DNA of 22,766 nucleotides from an uncultured Oligoflexus sp. (GCA_964236955.1 CAXSGP010000028.1:1-22766); one strand, 5' to 3'; counted from the first letter of the stretch, positions 1 through 8,310 are shown. The notes: generated by a model from the letters alone, not told the origin. Numbers and translations: made by a program.

Positions 1-231
1 AGCACCTCTCTGACAAAGGGCGTATTATTGCTATTGGGAACCCCCATAGTACCGCTTTCAAAGAAATGCTATGTCGACAACGGTTCATGCTATCGCTCAG
101 ACGATCTCAAGCGAATCCTGGCTTGCCTTGGGACAGCTTTAAGTCACTCCCGCCCTTATAAGCCGGCTAGTACGGAGGCCTGTAAAGACAGTGAATAAGC
201 TTGTCACGCAGCGTCAGTGGCCTTTGAGTTA

Positions 232-262
232 TCGAAACCGTAAACCCGGATTAAGGTTTCGA
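232..262. promoter_or_regulatory. 31-bp imperfect palindrome, candidate transcription-factor operator upstream of the sco-MCO cluster
   Basis: TCGAAACC(232-239)-GTAAACCCGGATTAA-GGTTTCGA(255-262). 13 of 15 symmetric positions are complementary around centre 247. No U-tract; an AT-rich tract follows. Confidence 0.45.
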
Positions 263-565
263 AATAATTAAATTTTTAGAAAGTCATAAAACTAAATATT
301 CGCATAGTTTAGAAATAGGAGATCTAAAAATAGGGATCCTATCCTTTAATATGTGCAATCAAAAGTCTTTTAGACACTCGCAAAAGACAGGTCTAATTTC
401 CTGCCAACACTATGCTTTTTAAAATCCATTCAACTATTAATTTTCGAACCCGATCAAAATCCAATGATACTGGGGTGCATCTAGGCAGTGGCTACGTCTT
501 ATCGGATTGCCCGATCCACTGTAAACTTAGATATCAACATAAAAGATGGAATCCAGGGAGCAAAT

Positions 566-1576
566 TTGAAAATCTTGTGGACTGTCGCCTTCGTCACTCT
601 TGCGCTAACACTACCCCTTTTACTTCGTGCGGACGATCATAGCCAGCACATACAAATGAAAAAAGCCAGTTCTGAATCAACGCCAGAGCCTCCTGCCGAA
701 GATGACGATATTTCAATGGGTGGCAAGGTTTTCCCCAATACTGTTCTTACCACCCATGAAGGTAAGCAGGTACGATTCTTTGAAGATCTGATCAAGGGCA
801 AGGTTGTCGCCATTAATTTTATTTTTACCAGCTGTGGAAATTCTTGCCCGCTGGAAACGGCTAGGCTTAAAAGAGTCCAGTCATTGCTTGGCGAGCGCAT
901 GGGAAAGGATACCTTTTTCTATTCCATTTCAATCGATCCTGACACTGACACTCCGGAAGTACTCGCCGCCTATCGTAAAAAATTCAACATTGGGCCAGGC
1001 TGGACTTTTCTAACGGGATCGAAGGTAGATGTCGACAACCTGCAAAGAAAATTAGGTGTTTACGTCGACGAAACGAACAAAAGAAAGCCCAAGCAGGACC
1101 ATATGCTCAGCATTATCATTGGCAATCAAAAGACCGGCCAATGGCTGAAACGCTCGAATATGGATAATGCGCAGGTCTTGGCTCATAACATCGAACAGCT
1201 TCATCCCGAACAGAAAAACAGGCTGGAATTGCAAGAGTACACTGAAGCACCGGTAAAGATCGAAGGTTATACGGAAGGTGTTAAGCTTTACCTGACGCGC
1301 TGCATGGATTGTCACACCATCGGCGGAGGAGATGGGATTGGCCCCGACCTGCTAGGGGTTACCAAGATTCGTGACAGAGAGTGGCTTACGCAGTGGATTA
1401 AAGAACCGGATCTAATGCTGCAGGGAAAGGATCCTATAGCGCTTACCCTTCTCAACAAGTTCCAGCAAATACCAATGCCAAATCTACGACTTAATAATGC
1501 GGATGTTCAGGCCATTATTGAGTTTTTATATAACGAAGACAAACTGGGAGGAAAAGAGGCCATGAAGCAGAAATAA
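566..1576 (+). CDS. SCO1/SenC-family copper chaperone fused to a C-terminal class I cytochrome c domain, exported
   Basis: Sco CxxxC motif (FTSCGNSCP), SISIDPDTDTPE, conserved His (QDHMLS). C-terminal CMDCH haem motif, GPDL and distal Met (IPMPNL). Start moved from 488 to TTG 566 because GGAG (557-560) lies 5 nt upstream and the product then begins with a signal-like segment (MKILWTVAFVTLALTLPLLLRA). Confidence 0.92.
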   Translation: MKILWTVAFVTLALTLPLLLRADDHSQHIQMKKASSESTPEPPAEDDDISMGGKVFPNTVLTTHEGKQVRFFEDLIKGKVVAINFIFTSCGNSCPLETARLKRVQSLLGERMGKDTFFYSISIDPDTDTPEVLAAYRKKFNIGPGWTFLTGSKVDVDNLQRKLGVYVDETNKRKPKQDHMLSIIIGNQKTGQWLKRSNMDNAQVLAHNIEQLHPEQKNRLELQEYTEAPVKIEGYTEGVKLYLTRCMDCHTIGGGDGIGPDLLGVTKIRDREWLTQWIKEPDLMLQGKDPIALTLLNKFQQIPMPNLRLNNADVQAIIEFLYNEDKLGGKEAMKQK

Positions 1577-1642
1577 GCACGGCTTCGCTTACGGGAAAAC
1601 AGGCATCAGCACGGTAAAAATATAAATTCTATGGGGAACTGA

Positions 1643-4597
1643 ATGAAGAAAAACGTCAGTAAAGAAAAATTGAAAAGAATTGCTGTTAGGGTTGGCGCTA
1701 TATCCATGACCGGCGTACTAAGCGCGGTCGGTCTTACTATATTTCGACCCGATCTGGCCAGGGCAACCACAGCTTTGCTGGCAAATATAGTCTGCCCTAG
1801 CCCAGACGCAGGCATGTGCAGCGCTACTTTCACCGGCGGAACTTTGATCGGGAGTCTGGTATTTCCAGTCACTACCAACCCAAGCGATAGTTCTAAGCTG
1901 ACAGCAGGTTCCATCGGTGGTGCGGCTGTCGATCTCGCGGGCGCTGCGCCGGTATTCAAGGGTTCTCTCGAAGGTGGACCGACGGGAGCGCAATCCGACA
2001 CAGAAATAGAGTATAACCTGGCCAATGAAAACGGATTGGGAGATAGTGGCGGTGGTGGACGTAACGGTATCGGGGTCTACAACATTCCTATGGGCGGGCG
2101 CCCAAGCCCTCTTTTCGGAGCTCAGCCTTTCACCCAAAAAATGCTGCTTTTTGAAGAATTTGGGATCGAAAACCTGACGACTTCGACCAATATCTCGCAG
2201 CTGCCACTGCCACAAGCATGTGCGGACGCAACTAATCCAGAATGTAGCACTGTGCTCACAAGGAGCACACCAAATGGCGCCGATCTGGATGCTTTCCTAG
2301 GAACTGCCGGCCTTTTCCCTTTCCCTTCCCGACTTTCGAACACGACCGCGAAAAACCCTTGGTGGAATGAAATCTGCAGAACGTATCTCGGCCGGGCCAA
2401 CTGTAGCGCAGCCGGACCTATAGAAGGCCGCCCACCTGGGGAAGGATGGGGCCATCAACGCTGGACTGATTTTTTCCCAGCCAAAGCCTTCAAAACAGCT
2501 CAGGCAGGATCCCGTACCAACGGCGGTATGCGCAATGCGCGACAGATGCATAAGTATCAGGTCGGTGAATTTGCGCCAGGCGGCCTTTATAACAACACGG
2601 CTGGTGTGCCAGGATTCAACGGCACAACATCAGGAATTAAAATCAAGTTTCATCCCAATATGCCCGTCCAGCATCACAAGTCCGTCTGGACCTTCGATGG
2701 TACTCTTCCACCAAAACTCTTGATGGTACGTTATGGTGAGCCGGTTCTTATGCGGCACTATAATGCTTTACCCATCGATGTTTCGGCAAACCGAGGCTTC
2801 GGCTTGCACACCATCACCACTCATGAACACAACGGCCATAACCCCGGCGAAAGTGATGGATTTGCCGGCGCGTTCTATTTCCCTGGGCAGTACTATGACT
2901 ATCGTTGGCCTCTTGCCATTGCCGGACATGATACAATCAACATCGATGCTTCAGAACCCAAAGCATCGACCCCTTGCGCAGCGGGAGAAACTATAAGGGT
3001 AGCTCGCAAGACCGGTTTCGCAAACGTTCTCTGCGACACGAGCCGCGATCCGAATGGCAAGGCTGGTATCATCCCAATCCGTGGTGATTACCGGGAAATG
3101 ATGTCCACCCACTGGTTCCACGACCACATGCTCGACTTTACGGCGCAAAACGTCTACAAAGGCAACGCCGCGATGATGAACTATTATAGCGCTATCGACC
3201 GTGGTAATGAATCGCTTAATGATGGGATCAATCTACGATTGCCCAGTGGTTCGGGCTTACCTTGGGGTAACCGTGACTATGATATGAACCTTATTGTTGC
3301 AGACAAAGCCTGGGATGCCGCAGGTCAGCTTTGGTACAACGTGTTTCAGAGAGATGGTTTCCTGGGCGACCAGATGACTGTGAACTTTCGTTACAAGCCA
3401 ACAGTTGACGTTAGAGCTCGTCGCTATCGCTTCCGTATCTTGAACGGAGCTGTGGCCCGTTACTTTAAAATAGCTGTGGTTCGCGAAATTGCCGGCACAA
3501 GCGGTACATTGGTAGGTCCGGCTGGCTCGAATCTTTCTTACGAAACAGTTCCATTCCACATGATAGCTAACGATGGCAACATCATGGAACATGCGGTTGC
3601 TTTTGACGGGACCCTCGGTACACAAAAAGGCATTCTGCCCGAACAGGGGATCGGTGAGCGCTACGATATCATTATCGACTTCGCTGCCAATGGCATTACT
3701 CCAGGCTCTAAGGTGTTCATGATCAACCTTCTTGAATACGACGAGGGTGATCAGGCCAACGGCGCAATCGCGCTGGCAAAAATCCTGTCCGGAGCTTACA
3801 AACCAGTTGCCGGTGCAACATCCTACTCGGGCGGTGACCCGGCTGTCGGTGCTTTCCTGCGCTTTGACGTTAAGTCCTGCGTGAATGCCACTGGCGGAGC
3901 CGTGGCATGCGTCGACCCCAGCCTGAACCCCATTAACTTCGTCGCCGGCAAAACTAAAATGTTGGTTCGGCCTACCTTTACTGCTTCAGAACTTTCCCAA
4001 GCTACACGCCGTTCTTACCGCTTGGGTCTTGGTTTCAGCGGAACAGATGACAATCCCTGGGTTCTCGAATCGGAAAACGTTGGGTACTCAGCTGACACGC
4101 GTCGCATTTCGGCAGCTCCAAACCTTGGCTCACTGACCGATGACGGCAAGGGTAAAGTTGAAATTTGGACCATTTCATCTCGAGGCTTAGGTTGGGATCA
4201 CCCTGTCCATGTTCACTTTGAAGAAGGACAGATCCTAACTCGCAACGGTGCTGCACCACCTGAATGGGAAAAATGGGCTCGTAAGGATATGTTCCGCGTC
4301 GGAGGAAACGCAGAATCGTCGCAAACGGTTGAAGTTGCCTATCGCTTCCGTGAATTCTCAGGATCATATGTTGAACATTGTCACAACACGACTCACGAAG
4401 ACCATGCAATGCTTCTCCGTTGGGACGTTGAAAAGCCGGGCCAAACCCTTCTCATGCCTAGTCCGCTTCCAACCTGGGATGGCGTAAGCTATGTGGATTC
4501 GGTGGCTATTCCAACCTTCCGTACCGGAAATAACAACGGTGGTTCCGGGCCAAGAACCGGAACTGTTACAACGAATGGAACTTCAGCTGGCAAGTGA
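1643..4597 (+). CDS. Large secreted multicopper oxidase (McoA/Mn(II)-oxidase-like candidate)
   Basis: All four MCO motifs: HEH (2822-2830), HWFHDH (3110-3127), HPVHVH (4199-4216), HCHNTTHEDHAM (4376-4411, T1 Cys and axial Met). Domain-2 signature RYRFRILNG and IGERYDIIIDF. Signal peptide of about 41 aa ending ARA. GGGGA RBS. The substrate is inferred, not shown. Confidence 0.93.
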   Translation: MKKNVSKEKLKRIAVRVGAISMTGVLSAVGLTIFRPDLARATTALLANIVCPSPDAGMCSATFTGGTLIGSLVFPVTTNPSDSSKLTAGSIGGAAVDLAGAAPVFKGSLEGGPTGAQSDTEIEYNLANENGLGDSGGGGRNGIGVYNIPMGGRPSPLFGAQPFTQKMLLFEEFGIENLTTSTNISQLPLPQACADATNPECSTVLTRSTPNGADLDAFLGTAGLFPFPSRLSNTTAKNPWWNEICRTYLGRANCSAAGPIEGRPPGEGWGHQRWTDFFPAKAFKTAQAGSRTNGGMRNARQMHKYQVGEFAPGGLYNNTAGVPGFNGTTSGIKIKFHPNMPVQHHKSVWTFDGTLPPKLLMVRYGEPVLMRHYNALPIDVSANRGFGLHTITTHEHNGHNPGESDGFAGAFYFPGQYYDYRWPLAIAGHDTINIDASEPKASTPCAAGETIRVARKTGFANVLCDTSRDPNGKAGIIPIRGDYREMMSTHWFHDHMLDFTAQNVYKGNAAMMNYYSAIDRGNESLNDGINLRLPSGSGLPWGNRDYDMNLIVADKAWDAAGQLWYNVFQRDGFLGDQMTVNFRYKPTVDVRARRYRFRILNGAVARYFKIAVVREIAGTSGTLVGPAGSNLSYETVPFHMIANDGNIMEHAVAFDGTLGTQKGILPEQGIGERYDIIIDFAANGITPGSKVFMINLLEYDEGDQANGAIALAKILSGAYKPVAGATSYSGGDPAVGAFLRFDVKSCVNATGGAVACVDPSLNPINFVAGKTKMLVRPTFTASELSQATRRSYRLGLGFSGTDDNPWVLESENVGYSADTRRISAAPNLGSLTDDGKGKVEIWTISSRGLGWDHPVHVHFEEGQILTRNGAAPPEWEKWARKDMFRVGGNAESSQTVEVAYRFREFSGSYVEHCHNTTHEDHAMLLRWDVEKPGQTLLMPSPLPTWDGVSYVDSVAIPTFRTGNNNGGSGPRTGTVTTNGTSAGK

Positions 4598-4624
4598 CTC
4601 TTAATTTCTTCTGGTCAAGAGTTC

Positions 4625-4655
4625 TTAGGTTTGCCTGTCAGGCAGGCATTCCTAA
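4625..4655 (+). other. Stem-loop between the MCO and EF-hand genes (mRNA stabiliser or partial terminator)
   Basis: TTAGG-TT-TGCCTG-TCAGG-CAGGCA-TT-CCTAA, followed by pyrimidine-rich CTCTCTCTTTC rather than a clean U-tract. Confidence 0.45.
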
Positions 4656-4726
4656 CTCTCTCTTTCGCAATAACAAACTATTCCTTTGCAATCCATTAAG
4701 AGAGGAATAAAAATTCTGGAGCTTTT

Positions 4727-4972
4727 ATGAAAATATTTTTGCTTGCCGCTCTTCTCATTTCCAGCGTTTCCATGGCAATAGAAGACGCGTTCAAATCTCT
4801 CGATGGAGACAACGACGGCCTCATTAGTCAAGACGAAGCCGCCAGTGATCCTGAACTAAGCACTCAATTCGCAAGCCTCGACAAAAACCATGACAAAATG
4901 CTCAACACCGACGAGTTCAAAACTTATTTTCATGCGACGCATAGCCGAAGAAAACAGGAAGCCAAAAAATAA
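4727..4972 (+). CDS. Small secreted EF-hand calcium-binding protein
   Basis: Sec signal MKIFLLAALLISSVSMA. Two 12-residue loops, DGDNDGLISQDE (canonical) and DKNHDKMLNTDE. GGAG RBS at 4718-4721. Confidence 0.88.
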   Translation: MKIFLLAALLISSVSMAIEDAFKSLDGDNDGLISQDEAASDPELSTQFASLDKNHDKMLNTDEFKTYFHATHSRRKQEAKK

Positions 4973-5035
4973 CAATGAACGAATACCGGCATAGCTGAAC
5001 GAACATGAAAGTGAGTTTCAGCTTGCTCTTTGGGG

Positions 5036-5068
5036 AGGCGTTGGTTTCGACTGGCGCCTTTTTCCTTT
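5036..5068 (+). terminator. Intrinsic terminator closing the sco-MCO-EF-hand unit
   Basis: AGGCGTTGGT-TTCG-ACTGGCGCCT: 10-bp stem (3 G-U pairs, valid only on the + strand), UUCG loop, then TTTTCCTTT. Confidence 0.7.
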
Positions 5069-5233
5069 ATTCATTGAGCATACATCGCTTTCACAATGAT
5101 TCCAGGGGATGGGATGTGGAGACGGAAAGCCCCAGGGCAGGAAATGAAGACGAGGAAACCCAAAATGCAGATGGAGACTGGACAGTCCCCTGTTACATCT
5201 TGATTTACGGAAGCGGTACTTAAGATTGAAGCA

Positions 5234-5260
5234 CAGTCGGGACAATTGCTTCCCGGACTG
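5234..5260. terminator. Hairpin just downstream of the small - strand lipoprotein gene, possible terminator
   Basis: CAGTCGGGA...TCCCGGACTG inverted repeat with a 1-nt bulge, about 15 nt past the stop at 5275. U-tract weak. Confidence 0.35.
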
Positions 5261-5274
5261 CGTATAGTCTCAAC

Positions 5275-5484
5275 TTAGCAGCCTGGAGCAGGCTCGGCCC
5301 TGCTTTGGGTTATGAAGCACTTATACGGACTGTCGAGTTCTTCCTGAGTTATTGAATCGCCCTGGTTATCGGCTTCTACCTGAGGGGCGACATCCGCGGT
5401 TTTCTCAGTTTCCGCTTTAGCTCGAACTTCAACTTCGTCTCTACAGGATACCGAAAGAAATGCTAAAATGATTAGACAACGCAT
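5275..5484 (-). CDS. Small putative lipoprotein, hypothetical
   Basis: GGAGG 5 nt before ATG. MRCLIILAFLSVS|C lipobox-like signal, acidic linker, C-terminal Cys pair (YKCF...PGC). Confidence 0.7.
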   Translation of the reverse strand: MRCLIILAFLSVSCRDEVEVRAKAETEKTADVAPQVEADNQGDSITQEELDSPYKCFITQSRAEPAPGC

Positions 5485-6132
5485 TCTGGCCTCCGTTGAT
5501 ACTTTGATGTTTTTGATTTGACATTCATTATTTGTAATTCATATATCGGTAGAATTCGGAAGAAGCTCAAGGGTATTGGTGAAACTATATAGTCTTAAGA
5601 TTCAGGACTTACCTTTGTGATTTATCAAAGGAATCGTCGACCTATAAGGGCTGGATTTTCAGGGATTTGGTTCCATTCAGTCTCAAAAATTCCCTAAAGG
5701 TGAAGGCCAGACCGAAAAAACACCGATGACCTAATTCACTGATTCCCAGGATTTGAAAAATTTTACCTTTGAATCATTACCGGACCAAACGATGTCTAGA
5801 CTAAAATATACTTTAGCAGGACGATTCACCTGCCTTCACTCCCCGCCTTTGCCCCGCTTTATCGTAAGAGGTTTTGCATATACCTCGCCATGAGGTTTGC
5901 AAAATTGCCCTGGTAACGACTTGTAAGGAACGTTATATCCCGAACCGGGGGATGGTAAGGATTGTGGAAATTTCCGCCATTTGCCCTTGGAAATTTTGCA
6001 GAGTATGGATCACGGCTTGTGTGCAAAATACGGCAGTATAAAATACGTGGGACCCTGCACCCTTGACGACAGATCAATGATAGAAGAATTTCGTATCGTG
6101 CAGATTGGTCTCGAATTGGGAGATGAGATCCC

Positions 6133-6567
6133 TTACGTGTCAGCATGCGAAATCAACCACTGGTCCGCTAACGAATCCAGCTTTTGATTCAGGATCTGCC
6201 CCCGGATCTGAAACGTCACCGCTTCATACTCATGATCGGCCCAATCGATAGGAAGATAGATCTGCTCATCCTCTTCGTAGAGATACTCTTCGAAGTAGGT
6301 ATCAATATAATCGATGAGAAAGAGCGCGGCCTCACGCGGCTCCAGCTCTTCCACTTCAAACATCACCCGCGCTTCCACAGGATAATAGTAACTCTGATCC
6401 TTATTGGACAAAATTACCGTGACGTAGACGCCGCTGCCCTGGACCGCAGCTCGTATGGAAAAGCTCCTATCCTTCATGGCAATCCGATATTTTTTGACCA
6501 TGGTATCAGCGAGTTCGATGCATTCATCATTCGTGAGGAATTCGGGAGCCAGATTTTCTTCAGACAT
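6133..6567 (-). CDS. Acidic hypothetical protein (144 aa)
   Basis: Start overlaps the upstream stop (TAATG at 6567). Protein-like aromatic/acidic motifs (YYYPVEARV, LIDYIDTYFEEYL, YLPIDW). Confidence 0.82.
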   Translation of the reverse strand: MSEENLAPEFLTNDECIELADTMVKKYRIAMKDRSFSIRAAVQGSGVYVTVILSNKDQSYYYPVEARVMFEVEELEPREAALFLIDYIDTYFEEYLYEEDEQIYLPIDWADHEYEAVTFQIRGQILNQKLDSLADQWLISHADT

Positions 6568-8267
6568 TACATCATCTCCTCATGAGAGTTTGCGCGTTTA
6601 GGACCTTCCGGCAGAATAATCAGGCCATGCAGGCCATCGTGAATCATGGACATAGCGAGGCTCAGAGACTCCTCCCGACTTTCCCGGGCTCCCAGCATCC
6701 AAAGACTGGATTCCGTCCGCAGATGGTCACGCCACGCATCGAGAAGCTGAGTTGTGCTGCTTTCGATGTTCCAGTTAAGCGGCTGAAGACCCTTACGCAG
6801 ACTTTCCGCCGCCATATCGCGCAGGATAAGTTCGAGAGGCCGGTCGAGATCGCGGCCACTTAATACGACCTGTGCGAAATAGGCCATCACCGCCTGAACA
6901 GACAATTCCAGTTCATAGGCGTCGGCAAGGCTGGCGATCGGTCGGAATTCAATACGTTTTGAATCTTCGATCGATACGATGGCCACCATCGGGAAACGAT
7001 TGAGAAGTCCTTTGAGAATCTCGGCCGCCTCCATACCGATGAGTTCCAACCAATTGCGGTCGATCTCCAGGAGCATTTGCCCCCACTGGCGCGACAGATA
7101 CAGACGTTCAAGTTGCCCCGCACGCGGCAAACTCATACGCTTCAGTACTTTGATGGTTTGAGCACGAAGATCTTCGATGATACCGTAGCCGGCCTGGAAC
7201 AAGGTCTTGGGATGTTCGCCCAAAATGATCCTGGCGCCCAGCTCAAGGCTGCCATCGGCGAGGAATTCAAGCCCCAAAGCGGCAAGAGCCTTACCCTGTT
7301 CGAGCACGCGGTGCAGACCCTGCAGATCATCGACATTTACACGTGCCGCTGCACAAAGAGCGTTGGCCAGAAAAAGCAGACTTTGATGGACCTGAAAGAG
7401 CCCTTCCAAATCCGCACCATGATCACGCGCATGGATGAGACAGGCGTCGAGAAAATTAAGATCCGAACCCTGCAGCATCAAAGCGTTCTTGGAATGCTCA
7501 CGGCCTTGACTCAAGCTCTCACCTTGCCATTTAAGGCGAAGACTACGGCGGTCCAAGGGCGAGAAGATGCGAAGACTATCCTCGTAACTGACAAAACCAT
7601 CTTCCTCAAGCCGTGCTTTGCGGAACTGATAAACCTGAGCCTCGTTTTCCGCCGGAGGATTAAAAGTCGAGTGGCTGAGCAGAGCATAAGCATAACGCAT
7701 ATTGTGCTCACGGCAACTCTCCATAAGAGTCTCGACAAAGGCAATATCCTCTTTGTCATCAAGAGCCATCTCGTAGAAGACCGTATGGCAAGGCATGGGA
7801 AAGGCTCTATCCTCAACGCCATGCGGCAAATCATAGATATGTTCGACCTCGTGAACAGTAAAAAGGCCTTCAAGCGTGGCTATTTGATATTCATCGTCGA
7901 GTTCGGAAAACCTTTGATAGAGCTGTTCCGATGAGACTTCAGCGAACGGTTTCAAAAAATTGATCATGCGTTTCTGCGAAAAATCCTCGCCATCCCATGC
8001 TTCATAGTCGGCCATATGAATGACCTGCTCCTGAGTAAGCAGCGGCAAGATCTCAAGACTCTCTTCGAAACCGCGTTGCTTCAAAGCATAATAGAGGGGC
8101 TGCACCGGCAGATTGGGGATAATTTCGGCCGCATCCGGGCTTTCGATAATAGCCTGAAGATCGATTCCGGCAAGGAGCCCACCCGGTAAGCCTGGGTCCC
8201 ATGAGAGACTTTGATGTCCTGCATCATAGCTATTGGCGAGAACCGTATCGTTAAGGCGTTTATCCAT
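6567..8267 (-). CDS. DUF6178-like hypothetical protein (566 aa)
   Basis: AGGAG RBS. Motifs ADYEAWDGEDF, FRKARLEEDGFVSYEDSL and LFQAGY resemble the DUF6178 family as I recall it; function unknown. Confidence 0.72.
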   Translation of the reverse strand: MDKRLNDTVLANSYDAGHQSLSWDPGLPGGLLAGIDLQAIIESPDAAEIIPNLPVQPLYYALKQRGFEESLEILPLLTQEQVIHMADYEAWDGEDFSQKRMINFLKPFAEVSSEQLYQRFSELDDEYQIATLEGLFTVHEVEHIYDLPHGVEDRAFPMPCHTVFYEMALDDKEDIAFVETLMESCREHNMRYAYALLSHSTFNPPAENEAQVYQFRKARLEEDGFVSYEDSLRIFSPLDRRSLRLKWQGESLSQGREHSKNALMLQGSDLNFLDACLIHARDHGADLEGLFQVHQSLLFLANALCAAARVNVDDLQGLHRVLEQGKALAALGLEFLADGSLELGARIILGEHPKTLFQAGYGIIEDLRAQTIKVLKRMSLPRAGQLERLYLSRQWGQMLLEIDRNWLELIGMEAAEILKGLLNRFPMVAIVSIEDSKRIEFRPIASLADAYELELSVQAVMAYFAQVVLSGRDLDRPLELILRDMAAESLRKGLQPLNWNIESSTTQLLDAWRDHLRTESSLWMLGARESREESLSLAMSMIHDGLHGLIILPEGPKRANSHEEMM

Positions 8268-8310
8268 CGAAAGTCTCCTTTGCGCAGAGCAAGTCTTGGG
8301 CTGCTAGGAA

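Noticed and set aside
1..270. Open frames entering from the left edge (frame +3 to stop 161, HLSDKGRIIAIGNPHS...; frame +1 to stop 270)
   Set aside because: Either could be the tail of an upstream gene, but there is no recognisable motif and I cannot choose a frame.
471..487. GG-N10-GC spacing as a sigma54 promoter for the sco gene
   Set aside because: Flanking bases do not fit TGGCAC-N5-TTGC.
488..565. N-terminal extension of the Sco ORF in the ORF track
   Set aside because: No RBS at 488; TTG 566 has GGAG and gives a normal signal peptide.
5104..5191. Purine-rich stretch closed by AGGGGAT/GTCCCCT with several GGAAA, considered as a c-di-GMP riboswitch or hammerhead
   Set aside because: Core consensus elements and internal stems are missing, and no gene lies downstream on that strand.
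5005..5223. 72-aa + strand ORF as a fourth operon gene or peptide precursor
   Set aside because: No RBS, and it runs through the terminator at 5036-5068. No modifying enzymes nearby.
5981..6187. 68-aa + strand ORF
   Set aside because: Overlaps the 3' end of the convergent 144-aa gene by 55 nt; no motif or clear RBS.
7077..7934. 285-aa + strand ORF
   Set aside because: Antisense shadow of the DUF6178-like gene.
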